From: Chlorokybus atmophyticus
Taxonomy: Eukaryota; Plantae; Mesostigma and Chlorokybus algae
Assembly (NCBI GenBank): GCA_009103225.1
Contig: RHPI01001037.1
Span: 186,001-250,000 of the forward strand
DNA: 64,000 nucleotides
Direction of reading: 5' to 3'
In this document: piece by piece, positions 1 to 11,341 of the stretch
Layout of the letters: every line of letters starts with the position of its first letter
How positions within the stretch are numbered: the first letter of the stretch is position 1
Position numbers and translations under genes: made by a program
Notes under the pieces: generated by a model
Told to the model about the DNA's origin: nothing
The model's database searches: none
Seen by the model: the letters and a program-made list of their open reading frames with translations, nothing else

Positions 1-991
1 GTGATATCAGCAGGATAGGGTCGACATTACCTTGGTAGGTGTGCATACGGTATGTCAATCTCCATGGACACATTGCTAGAGTCTGATACTGCAGTTCAAG
101 ATTGGATGTCAGCACCGCAAACACAGCACGAACTCAATCCAAGACTTCATGAAGACTTGGTTGCAGCGCACGCAACTGCGATCAACAGTGGCCACACCCC
201 CGACTCAACAATGTGGCCTTGTATAGTCAGGAACAGAAAACAAAGCATAACGAAGAGAGAAAAGCCATGTGACGTGGCACGACTGGCAAAGACCAACACT
301 TACTAATCTGCCAGAAGTTGTTAGGGTCGGGCAAATTGACAGCCATGTGGCTGACGACAGTCAGCGCATCGTCTTCACCAGTCACCCTCCCAGAATCCTA
401 CCAACACACTTTGATCGTATCCTGGCATCCCATTTGCGCCCAAACAACGGTTTGTTGTTGCTCGTTGGCTTGTATTTGAGCTTGGGTTCTTACCTGTGGC
501 GGCCTCGGTGGAAATGGGTCCTGAAACGCGTTTACAATCGGCGAATACAGCACGCCTTGCGAGTGCAACACGGACTCTGTCAGGAAAGTGGCGTCATAAT
601 TGCTGAAGGAGCTGCCGGCTTCCTGCTTCGGAAACCAAGCGTTCGTATCACAGCCTCGGTACCCAGCTAAACTCAACGACACAGCTGTTAACCGAGCAAC
701 ACGTGCAGCAACACCCAGCTCACAGACAAGATCACACAGCAAAAGCCCACTCCATCGCAACTGTTCACAGCTCTAGCACAAGAAAGCAGCGCAATGCACG
801 CAGCCACAAGCATGTACCGGGACACCACTGGAAGACTCTGTGGCCAGCCCGCAGCATCCAGCAAATTGGCTGCCCGGTGCTGAAGCACCAACACCTCCTC
901 TGTAGCCACGCGCTGCTGTGGAAGCAGGCAAGCGGCCGGCGAAGCGTCCAGCGACACGACCCGCCAACGCCGCCGCCGCCGCTCGCAGCAT
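1..991 (-). CDS. Probable multi-exon gene of unknown function, 5' part; likely continues beyond the window start
   Basis: ATG at 991 opens MLRAAAAALAGRVAGRFAGRLPASTAARGY, which is Arg/Ala-rich like a mitochondrial presequence. A downstream open segment (GYRGCDTNAWFPKQ...DPFPPRPPQ) ends at a CAG|GTAAGA donor. No family recognised and exon joins are uncertain. Confidence 0.3.
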
Positions 992-2114
992 CTTCACCAC
1001 GTGGCACAAACCACCATGCCCACCATTCAGAAGCTCAAAGGTTAGGGTTTTGGCCCAGTCATACGCCGACAACGTCTGCGCACAGCGTCGGCTCCCAGGG
1101 TGTGCGCATGCGTTGGATTGGTATGTGACTGCGTCGACTGCCCCGCAGACGGTGACGGCTGACCCTGGCGCCAAGTTCTCACTCAGAGCTCAACTGCGCC
1201 TACACCACAGCAGTCAGCGGTGGCGGTGGTGGTGGCGGCGGAGAAGGTGGCGGAGAAGGGCGACAACGACGACGGCGACGCAAACAAGACGCGCGAAGCT
1301 AGGTTGGCGCTGAGACTGGAGGAGAAGTCGTGCTGAGTGGACCGCAGCGCTGAGGTAAGCTTGGTTGTGGTATGTGCTCCCGACGACAGCATGGTGACCG
1401 ATGCGGCATATACTGTCCAGCCCTCTTGTGTAGCGGGCGGTAGCCCACTGCTCCAGCTCGAAGAGGCTGGAGCAGTGGGCTACCGCCCGCTACACTTGTG
1501 TGTCAAGTTCACGACTGCATTGATTGCTGTTATGGTCACAGCGTGGGTGTAGCGCGCTTGCCTGCGTTGTCAGTCGGTATGAAGTCTGACTGGAACCCCT
1601 GTCTTGTGAATCGAACGCAAGTGATACGACTTTTGGATGAGGAAGTTGGTGACTTTTCATTGTTTTGCTGACTGAGGTGGCGTGCTTGACGAGGGGCCGC
1701 TGGCCTGACAGGGGCTCAAGCGTTGCTTGTTCTGTTCATCTGATTGCGGGTGCACATGACCAATAGCAGGTGGCGTTGAAGATGGAGTACGGCTTCCTGG
1801 GTGTCTGAAGCAGAGCGTTTTCCATCAAAGACGCTCGCGTGTCATGGACAGCGTACGCACCAGCTGCTCTTCTGCGACATGTCATCAACATGGGTTGCAT
1901 AAGCATGTGCTCAGCCATACTCACAACAAGGCAACCTCAAAGCAGAATGCTGATCTCTGTAGACTTAGTTGGGATTCTCCACAAGGAGCTCTTTCAGCAA
2001 GAGCAGTTGGATCTTTTCGCTGCCACTCCCTTCCAAGACATGCTTGGCGCTTATGGCGGTGTAGTCGTTTGCCCGCAATGTGTTACTGACTAGTGCACTC
2101 GGGTATGACTACAG

Positions 2115-5043
2115 ACCATTGGTGGCTCGCGCGTGCGGCCAGATGCGGAGAGCTTGAGCCAGAGGTAGTGCATCTGTTTGCCAAGCCGTGTCATTGCCTT
2201 TATATCATGAACATGATGGGGCTTCTATCTTAACCTTAATCTCAATCTTGATTCATCTGGGTAATCACTTGCTTCTTATTCATGCGCATCATTTGGCTTG
2301 CTGCAGGGATGCTGAGCAGCCAGCGCAACATGACCCGCTTGCAAGTATTGAGCAGCGAGTGAACATTCGCGAAGATGGTGAACTGTCAGATCAGCAGGAG
2401 TTGCCTGAAACCAATGCTGACCGGCCCGATATCTTCGCAGAGCGTTCTGAACAGCATGCCACGACTAGCCAGCAGCACGACAGCAGAGGTCGAGAACGCG
2501 CTGGCAAGGAGCGGCGACAGCATTCCCGCAGCAGGTCTCGCAGTGGCTCTCCCCGACGCCGACTCCATCACAGGCGCAGGCATTCGCGATCAACGTCATG
2601 GTCTCGAAGCCCGAGGTCAAGATCGAGATCCCCTGCTAGGTATAGATCAACCAGCAGATCATGGTCTAGATCACCTCGTAGATCAAGACGGTATCATCGA
2701 AGGCATAGCAGGGAGCGCGATGAGCGCTACTACAGACGTGATCACGATGAGAGGTACACACCGGTGAACAGAGCACATCTGTCTAGTTGGGGTACGTATT
2801 TGTTGACCGTGTTCACTTTGTGATGGTGCAGGTGGGATCATCATCGTTCTGACGGCTACAGTGATGACGACAGCTACCGCCCCAGACGACAAGACCCTTC
2901 CACAACCATTCTTGTGCAGGGGTTGCCCACTCACAAGGCTGAACAAGAAATTGGGGCATACTTTGGGGCTTGGGCACCAGTGCAGGCTGTGAGGGTAGTG
3001 AGAGATCGGGCAACCAACTTGTCGCGCGGGTTGGCATATGTCGATTTTGCTACTTTGGCAGCTGCGAAGGCCGTATTGGACCAAAGTCAGCAGTATCCCC
3101 TCGTGTGGGACGACATGCAGCTTGCAGTGGAGTTCGACCGCTCTTCTAGGAACAGAGACCTGCCCAGTAGAGGCTCAGCTGACTGGCTGTGCGAGTCCTG
3201 CGGTGGCGTCAACTTTGCACGCCGGATGCAGTGCTATCAGTGCAATGCTGCAAGGCCTGAACATGCTCAGCTTGCCAACTCAGGAAGCTCTGAACAGCCC
3301 TCCAATACGCTTGTCATTAGAGGTCTTGACATGGACGTCACAGAGGACGAAGTCAACACTGCATTCAGCCAATACGCTGCCATCAAGGAACTGAGGCTTG
3401 TTCGGGACAGGCGCACTGGGCTGCCTAGGGGATTTGCCTTCATTACCTTCTACTCGGTTCAGGATGCCACATTTGCTCTTGCGAAGGTGGTTGCACCCTC
3501 TGGCTTGCAACTGCCGCGCCAGCAGCATCATCGTGCACATGTGGCATATGCTCGGGATGCTAAGGACTCAGCTGGACCGTCTCAGCTGGCGGCTGCGGCA
3601 ATTGAAGCTGCGCAGTTTTCTCAACAATATGCCCGCAACAGCGGTGCGCACTCCTCGTGGCTTTCGGCACCACCAGCCAGCTGGGATGCCGAACTAGCAG
3701 GCTGGGCACCGAAGGAGTTTGGTGCCAGCTCGGATCCAGCTGCTGTTGACAATACATCTCAAGCTAGAGTTGCAGAGACCGCCTACGCTGGTGCACCAGG
3801 CCACCCAGTGACGGGCAACCCTGATGGTTCTGCAGCAAGGCATGCACGTTCTAGCGCTCAGGAACAGCAGCCAGCCCAAGCAGCGGCTGTCATTCAAATA
3901 CCGGCGGGCTTCGTGTATGATGCTGCTTCTGGCTACTATATGAATGCGGACTCAGGGTATTACTATGATGCAAATTCAGGTACTGCATTAGTGGTGTTTC
4001 TCCAGTATGGCATACTTTGTCATCTGCCCGTGTGCTGACTTGGACACTGCACCAGGCTTGTACTACCATGGTGCTACTAGTACCTGGTATCGCTACGATT
4101 TTGAAGCAAACACATATGTGGCCTATGTCGCTCCAGAGGCTCAGGAAACAGATTGTGATGATGCACAGCCGAAGTCCAAAGAGCGTTCCGGGGGTGTCGT
4201 GAAGGCTGTGAGCACTGTTGGGAAGAAGCATGTTGACAAGGACCTGCAGGTCTGGATTAGTTCATGAGCTGGCCTACTGCTACGGTTTTGCATTCAATGC
4301 TCTTGCTACTATCAGCTCTGTGTTGCTCACCGTCCTTTCAACAGGTTTGGAGCCAGCGACAGAAAGAGAAAGCTGCGGATGTTGCAACACCTTCACAGCA
4401 GGCCGAGGACAAGCCAAAAGGAAGAGGCGCCAGCATTGGTGCTTCATTCAAACCGAACACGCAGGGTCTACTGGCAGCTGCGTATCGTGAGCAGGTACGT
4501 CGGCAATCCCTCGATGGCTGGTCATATGGCAGTAGTTCACTTGTTTCACAGCACTCCATGCCAGCCTGCTTTAACACTCTGTGCATACTTGCTCTGCAGC
4601 AGTTGGCCACTGCCAAGACGCAGCCCGCAGGTGGAAAGTATCGCGACCGTGCTGCTGAGCGGCGTGCTTTGCATACTACGCAAGCAGGTGGTGGGGGGCT
4701 AGCAGCGGCAGCGGATGATGATGATCCTGTTACAGTGTCAAGTTCCAATGGTGCTCTCCGCAAGGATAATGTTGGTGGCCGCATGCGCGGTATGGGATGG
4801 CGAGATGGCGAGGTACGTTTTGGCTTGGACTGAGGCTGTATTACACTTGATATGAGAAGACTGGCAAGGTTTGAGTTCCATGTTTGAGCAAGCGCAGTGC
4901 ACTATTTCCGGACTTGTATGTTTACTTTAACGCAGGGGCTGGGCAAGCATGGAACAGGCGTTGTGGAACCTGTCTTTGCAGACTCACGAAATGAGCGCGC
5001 TGGGTTGGGCTCACAGAGCAGGTACGCATTCGATCTGTCCTAG
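2115..5043 (+). CDS. SUA: RBM5/RBM10/SUA-like splicing factor (RS-rich, RRM, RanBP2 zinc finger, RRM, OCRE, G-patch); true start not resolved
   Basis: RS-rich exon; RRM1 (PSTTILVQGLP...SRGLAYVDF); RanBP2 finger DWLCESCGGVNFARRMQCYQC; RRM2 (SNTLVIRGL...RGFAFITF); OCRE (GFVYDAASGYYMNADSGYYYD); KYRDRAAERR; G-patch split over exons (NVGGRMRGMGWRDGE|GLGKHGTGVVEPV); TAG at 5041-5043. Confidence 0.92.
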
Positions 5044-5778
5044 CGCTGTCTTTTGCACTATTTGCCATCGTGGCTGTCGCAGCATCTTGCACGTCACTGC
5101 AATGCATTAGTGTGCTTGTAAAACAGAACCATGTGTGTGGTTTAACATCAGCCCTGTGTGCTTTAGAGCCCCTGCTGATCCGCGCTTTGAAATTCTGCCC
5201 GGAGACAGCTACAGAGTGCAGATACAAAAGAAGGCGATGGCACGCTTTAACAGCATGTTGGATCAGTAGCAACTGCCATGCATGTGCACTTTTGTTCACA
5301 GTCCGTAGAGTTTCTTCGTTTATTGTTGGGGCAATAGGAACTCGCTTTGGCCATGCGCATGGTTATGTTTGGTTCTGTGTTGCATTGGGACATGCACTAG
5401 TGCCAATACTGCCATATATTCATGATGCATGATGCATGATGCATGAAGTTACAATCCTGTCTGGAGGCGCTGACATGCATGTGCTGTCTGTGCGCATGGG
5501 GGGGGTTGGGCCAGTTCCTGGCTTGTACATACTCTTGAACACAACCAGTCTTAAGTAGCTGGCTTGCTGTAGGGCCAAACCACACCGCAACCACTGTCAA
5601 CGTCAAAAACTACTACACTACTAAGCTTTACATAGCTACTACTACTGTTTCTGCTGCTCATGTACTTGCTCATGTAATACACCGCAGTTTCTTGTATACC
5701 ATTAGCAGTGCGCTGGCGTTGCTCTCATTGGTCTGCTGTAGCTTGATTGGCTCCAAGGAAGCGCATTGCAGTCATAGC

Positions 5779-6207
5779 TTAATCATTATCCTCAGGAGGC
5801 GGTGGTGGTGGGGGAGGGGTCGGTGGTGGGGGAGGGGACTTGATGCACTTGTTGTTTGCCCCATCCACGCACACGCACTCAGTGCACGTGTTGTAGATTG
5901 CGCAGTTGGGTGGGCTGGTGGAGTCCTTGGCCTGCTCTGCCGGGGGGACGCTGTTGGGCTCGCAGGTGCACTTTGTGTCGGGGACTGTCGGGCACTTGTC
6001 GCCGACACGGTTGGCACAAGAAGACTTCGTTCTGTCAAGCGTCCGCTCGCACAAGTACAGCTCCATGCCAGCATTCGGCCCAACCGGTGGGACGTACGGA
6101 AAGACCTTGTACTCGTAGCAGAGCTTGCCGCAGGGAAACTCTGCACTTACTGGCACCGCTGCGCTTGCGCACAGCAGCACCAGCACCAGTGCCACGACGA
6201 TTTTCAT
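5779..6207 (-). CDS. Single-exon secreted cysteine-rich protein with C-terminal Ser-Pro5/polyproline tail (142 aa)
   Basis: ATG at 6207, signal peptide MKIVVALVLVLLCASAAVPVSA, 12 Cys in the mature part, then SPPPPPTPPPPPPPPEDND and TAA. Confidence 0.75.
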   Translation of the reverse strand: MKIVVALVLVLLCASAAVPVSAEFPCGKLCYEYKVFPYVPPVGPNAGMELYLCERTLDRTKSSCANRVGDKCPTVPDTKCTCEPNSVPPAEQAKDSTSPPNCAIYNTCTECVCVDGANNKCIKSPPPPPTPPPPPPPPEDND

Positions 6208-8295
6208 CCTTGCTCGCGACGTCAGGCCAGCTTCCTGAAGGTCACAGAACAGTGCCATGAGCCACGAGTAATTGCGCACCACACAAGCAGTACAGCTGTC
6301 AGGCATGGGAGCATCAAAGAGACAGCCCGCAGTACCAGCACGCATGCAATGCACAAGCCAGGGAGACGGGCATAACACAGCAAAGCCAGAGAGAGAGTGG
6401 CAAATTCGTGTCATGACCAACTCCATGGCTACAGGCAGCAGTGCAGCAAGCCTCCCACAACTCACGCAAGCACAAGCGAGAGAGACAACCAGAGGTAAGC
6501 TCAAACCTGTGAAACTAGCACTTGCCTTTGGGGTGGGTAGGCAGTGGTGGCAATTGTGGCGGCAGTAAAAGCGGGCGACTGCAAATTACACATGCACTCT
6601 GCAACCCATGCACAACATCCGCTTATGTATGTCACACTGTGCGACTCGCACACGCACAGCCAAGAAAGGCCGGTTCAGAACCCTGTCATGGAGAGGCCTA
6701 TCAGGCCGAAGAAAGCAGGCCACGCATGCTGGCGAAGGTGTGACACGTAGAGGACGTACTGCTTTAACGGCCCATTGGCGCAGTGCTCGGCAACGCGTAG
6801 GGCTGCTTGCGCAAGAACGAAGGACCGAAGCCTGCGCATGGCGCTGCTTTGCATGGCATGCACGGTGCATCGGCATGCGTGGCACAGCTTACTGGAATAC
6901 CGGTAGGTAGATAGTCCATTTACATAGTTGAATGTCATGCATGACATGTTGCACGACGCCCGTTTCAAATTGCAAGCCGACGTACTGTAAGGTATTGAAC
7001 ACGTGAGGCGTCTACGAACCACCATGGAAACGGGCCATGTCACGTCGCGAGTGTCGGCGGCGCACGAATGTGTCGTGAGAGTTGGGGCCTCCGACCTGCC
7101 CGTTCTTGTCATCCAATGGTGGTCATGTGCCACGTGCTGCGCATTGCCGCAGGTTTACATGTAACGCTGTGTGCGAATTAGTGATCAGACTGGATCATCC
7201 CGTGTCTCCAAGGAGCCATTATGGCTCTTGGTTAGTAATTGGTTGGAAAGGTGGCTGTAAACATAAAGAAGTCAACCCTTGAAAAGCCACATTTGACAAC
7301 CAATATGATAATTCGTACGTAACACGCATGTTTGTAACACGAAGGTTGTTTAGTGCCACATTACACGACATCTATTGATAACACTTCTCTTGGTAGAAGA
7401 GCTCAACATCTTACCACGATCCTTCTTCGTGGTATAACGTTAAGTTGTTTACTTCATTACATATGTATGTTCGTAAGTGTGGAGTATTCAAGAATTGTAA
7501 TTGAGCCGATGCAAGTTGTTTACCGGGTAGCCGAGCACTGGCATATACAGTGCATGATTCCTTCAAATTACGTATAAGAGTTGCAAATATAGAAGTCGCA
7601 ATCAAACAACTCAAGCGGCCCTTATGGTAAAGGCTAAATGCAAACAAGCACACATCAAGATGCTTAACATTTCAGTGGGTGCTTAGGTTGAGTTGCAACA
7701 ACTGACGCTCCAATCAAGATGAGATATATGACATGGACATTATGACCCATAGGCATCAACAAGGGCCCCCGGGTGTGGGGCGAGAAGATACAGCATGTAG
7801 CGTAGAACAACCGCAGAGTGTAGTGTAGGGAGAGGGCAAGGAGAGGTTAGATCCTAGCTTTCATGATGTAGCATGAAATGCGTACATGTACACGTGACAG
7901 ATATGTTGTTCTTGTCATAGCCTCTGTGTTTAATGGGGAGTTAAAATAAGATCTTAAGACGAGCTTGAACGGTGTCGTTTATTCGATACATTGCGGATGG
8001 CGACCAGTGTTTGGTATTCACGTATCATGTACAAAAGATGCGAAGCGGAGGTTGCGTATGCAAATGAGCATGAACATGCAGTGCCACACCCACGTCCACC
8101 ACTGGTTGGTGAGTAACACTCATCAACCGTTGATAAGTGCTTTGAGTCAATCACCGCTAAGGCATGCATAGCTATGTATTGGCATAGGTAGGCATGCATG
8201 GATATCGTATGTTATTTTACAGATGATAACTTAGCTGCACACGCAAATCGTCGTGTATATGGTTGCTGGGTTGCTTACGCGCGCACGTGTGCATA

Positions 8296-8564
8296 CTATT
8301 TAATATACAGATGTGCACAGGCTGTGCACATCTGTATATTATATAGCGCACACACGCACGCGCAAGCGCCACACGCGTGTGTGGCGCTTGCGCGGTTGCC
8401 CACGTGCACCCCGGGGTGTTCAAGGGGCCTCGATTAAACAGCACCCACGAATTTACACCTCTTGCACACAACAATCCGCTTGTAAGCGGATTGTTGTGTA
8501 AACCACTCACACAACAGCGTACCATGCTCGCTACCACACTCCGGACACATAAGCCAACGCTAGC

Positions 8565-8643
<79 letters not shown>

Positions 8644-8717
8644 CCTCCCTCCGAGGGAGTCGTTGGTCAGCTGGGGTGACCCTTGGTCAACCCCCCACTG
8701 GGTTGGGGGGTCACCCC
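8296..8717. repeat. Cluster of near-perfect short-loop inverted repeats (hairpin/cruciform array)
   Basis: 20-bp stem with 1-nt loop at 8301-8341; 16-bp stem with 4-nt loop at 8359-8394; 16-bp stem with 2-nt loop at 8466-8499; 7-bp stem at 8645-8659; 10-bp outer stem at 8673-8717. Confidence 0.9.
8567..8640. repeat. (CT)n microsatellite, about 37 units
   Basis: Directly visible perfect dinucleotide run. Confidence 0.99.
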
Positions 8718-9820
8718 TTCACCCACATGACGAAGCAGTGTAGGCAAGGCACTGCATCTTACTAGCGGCTTGGCCTCAACTTTAGTCACGACTTGACAAT
8801 TGGCTCGATTTACTTAAAGCCAGAAAGTTGTCAGTCGCTTGCATTGCCTGTGCATTGATATAGCCTACAAGATGCATATCATAGTGATATTACAGCTATA
8901 ATGTGCGCAGCTCGCCAGGCAGAGCACAACATCGGCTTCATTACATGTGCCACCGACTGACACGAGTACGAGCTAAAAAAGTGTCGTAAGTATAATGACC
9001 ATGCGCCGGATGACAAGTTCATCCCTTCGACGACAGAGAGATCTTTAGCAGTCATAGAGCCTCCTTCCACAAGCTGATTACCAATTGCGCACGCATGCTC
9101 AAGCTTAGAGGGCATAGAAGTTCAAAGGCTAGCCAGTGTCGGGCTTCATGTCTTGAACGAGGGCTGTTTCCTTTGATTACTAAGTGCTGCACTCGATGAA
9201 TTCGACCTCAGCTAGATCTACATACGGACTTCGCGAGTAAGATTCTCAAGCAAAGTGACTTCTTTTCGCAAGTCACGAGATTTGCGACTTAGCGAATTCG
9301 GCCAATGCCTCACTGGCCGATTCAACTTTTCAATCCACTTCAATTCACGAGTGAACTATCACTCGAAATGTTGAGAAAGGCTTGCGCCTCAAAATTCCCA
9401 AGTGCGGAGAAAGCGCGTGGCCACCTGAGACTGCAAAGGAAAAGAAAGATAACGAACCCTACTCAAGCTTCAATGACCTACCCAACCCTGAAGTTGAATC
9501 CAGCTTCGACGTTCCGGGTGGTCGTAAAAACCGCGTATCTTGTTCAAACAGGTAAATCCTCATGCGGCAATAAGAAGCGCTTTAAGTGCTTTTGTGCGCT
9601 GCCCAAAAAAGCTAGCCAATGCCTTAGAGACTTCGCAACAGTTCGCTTGGCGAGGAACTTAGGATAATAGCGACTTTGCTAGATCCTCCCTGCTTAGAGT
9701 CTTTTGGGTGTCTTTCTCTAAATAGGTTAGAAGCCAAAGTTAATTAGGTTCTAAACTAATTGACTCGTCGTTCTGTTACCTTCCGCCGCAGCTTCCCGTC
9801 ACCGCACGAGAACTCGCCCC

Positions 9821-10007
9821 NNNNNNNNNNNNNNNNNNNNNNNNNNNNNNNNNNNNNNNNNNNNNNNNNNNNNNNNNNNNNNNNNNNNNNNNNNNNNNNN
9901 NNNNNNNNNNNNNNNNNNNNNNNNNNNNNNNNNNNNNNNNNNNNNNNNNNNNNNNNNNNNNNNNNNNNNNNNNNNNNNNNNNNNNNNNNNNNNNNNNNNN
10001 NNNNNNN
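9821..10007. other. Assembly gap (187 N)
   Basis: Run of N. Confidence 1.
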
Positions 10008-10117
10008 CCAACTTCGGAAACTATGAAGTGATAATATTTACCCTTGTTGTTGTATTTTAGAATGCAGAACCACTTGAAACTAGCATCACTACAATGTTCA
10101 TGTACGTACAGTGGATC

Positions 10118-10623
10118 TGTCACAAATTGGGATAAATTGTGACAGACCTCACTTATGGTAGTGTCTTTTACTACCATAGCCTAGTGGTCGGGCCCCAATT
10201 GTTACAATGGTAACGGAGCTTGACGTCTCAGGTTCAATTCCCGTAGGGGACTGAGGCAGATCCAAGGCAAAAACAAAACATTGGGGGCGGCTTGCCCTAG
10301 GCTGGGCGCGGGATCACGACCTGCGCGCTGAGCCAGTTAAACCTAAGGCCGCGTGAGCGGTCGCGCTGCGATGGCAGGTCGCGCGGTGAGGATGGCCGTT
10401 CGGTTGGTCAAGACCGTTCGTGGGCCGGATCCATCAGGCCGCGGGCAGACCGATCGTGGTACGGTCGCGATCACGGCGACGTGGGCTAGTGCCTCATTGG
10501 ATTATGAGGAACTCATGGGTTAAATTGGGGAGGAATGTCACAAATTGGGATAAATTGTGACAGACCTCACTCATGGTAGTGTCTTTACTACCATAGCCTA
10601 GTGGTCGGGCCCCAATTATTACA
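10118..10623 (+). mobile_element. Complete non-autonomous LTR retroelement (TRIM), 506 bp
   Basis: LTRs at 10118-10206 (89 bp) and 10536-10623 (88 bp), both TGT...ACA, differing by 2 substitutions and 1 indel. 5-bp TSD GGATC at 10113-10117 and 10624-10628. PBS-like TGGTAACGGAGC at 10208-10219. PPT GGGGAGGAA at 10527-10535 abuts the 3' LTR. No recognisable coding capacity. Confidence 0.93.
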
Positions 10624-11341
10624 GGATCACTTGTGCATTGCAACGTGCTCGTGACGTGGTGCTGTAAAGAAGGCAACCACAGCTGTATGTATGATGTCAG
10701 GGTACCCTGGATCACCTATCTACCAGTAGTAGTGGTGGTGACTAGGTAGTCACTACATAGTCACCACCATCACAAGGTAGGTGACGTACCTACACAATTA
10801 CCTTGTCAAACGCCGTGCTTTTAACGTGAGGCTTGCATGCTGACGCAAAATGTGATAATGCGATGGTGCAATGGTTGCTATGCGTGTCGTTATTGAAGGC
10901 TTGTGCCAAGTTGTTGTGTGTAGCACTAAACATAGCGCTGCACACCATGTGGAACCCATGAGTTCTTTATCGCGATGTTGGCAGCGTTTTTTATTTCAAT
11001 GAGTTTAATATTTATAGCTTACAGTTAGTAGCACGCTTTTCCTCATCGTACTTGCACACAAATGCATGCCACAACACCAGATTACATCCTGTATACACGC
11101 AATGATTATTGCAAATGCATGGGGCAACAAGGTCCATCGCCAACCATTGGCAATCCTCCTTCTTGAACACAATGAATAAAAACAACATCATACACTGGAA
11201 TGCCAATTCAAGTGCCCCAACATACATTCCTAATTTACTTCACATCCTTTCAACCAACCATTCTCGACTAGTGGTGTTGTCTTAGCGCTGTATTGCGTTC
11301 GTGCAACCCACGGCGGTGCTTGTCTCATTGTAAATGCCGGA

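Noticed and set aside
8760-9820. Coding remnant next to the assembly gap
   Set aside because: All frames are interrupted and no motif is recognisable. It is probably old transposon sequence but cannot be supported.
10165-10255. Functional tRNA gene
   Set aside because: A and B boxes are present, but the acceptor, anticodon and T stems pair poorly and the sequence straddles the LTR/PBS junction of a TRIM. Reported as a Pol III promoter-like motif instead.
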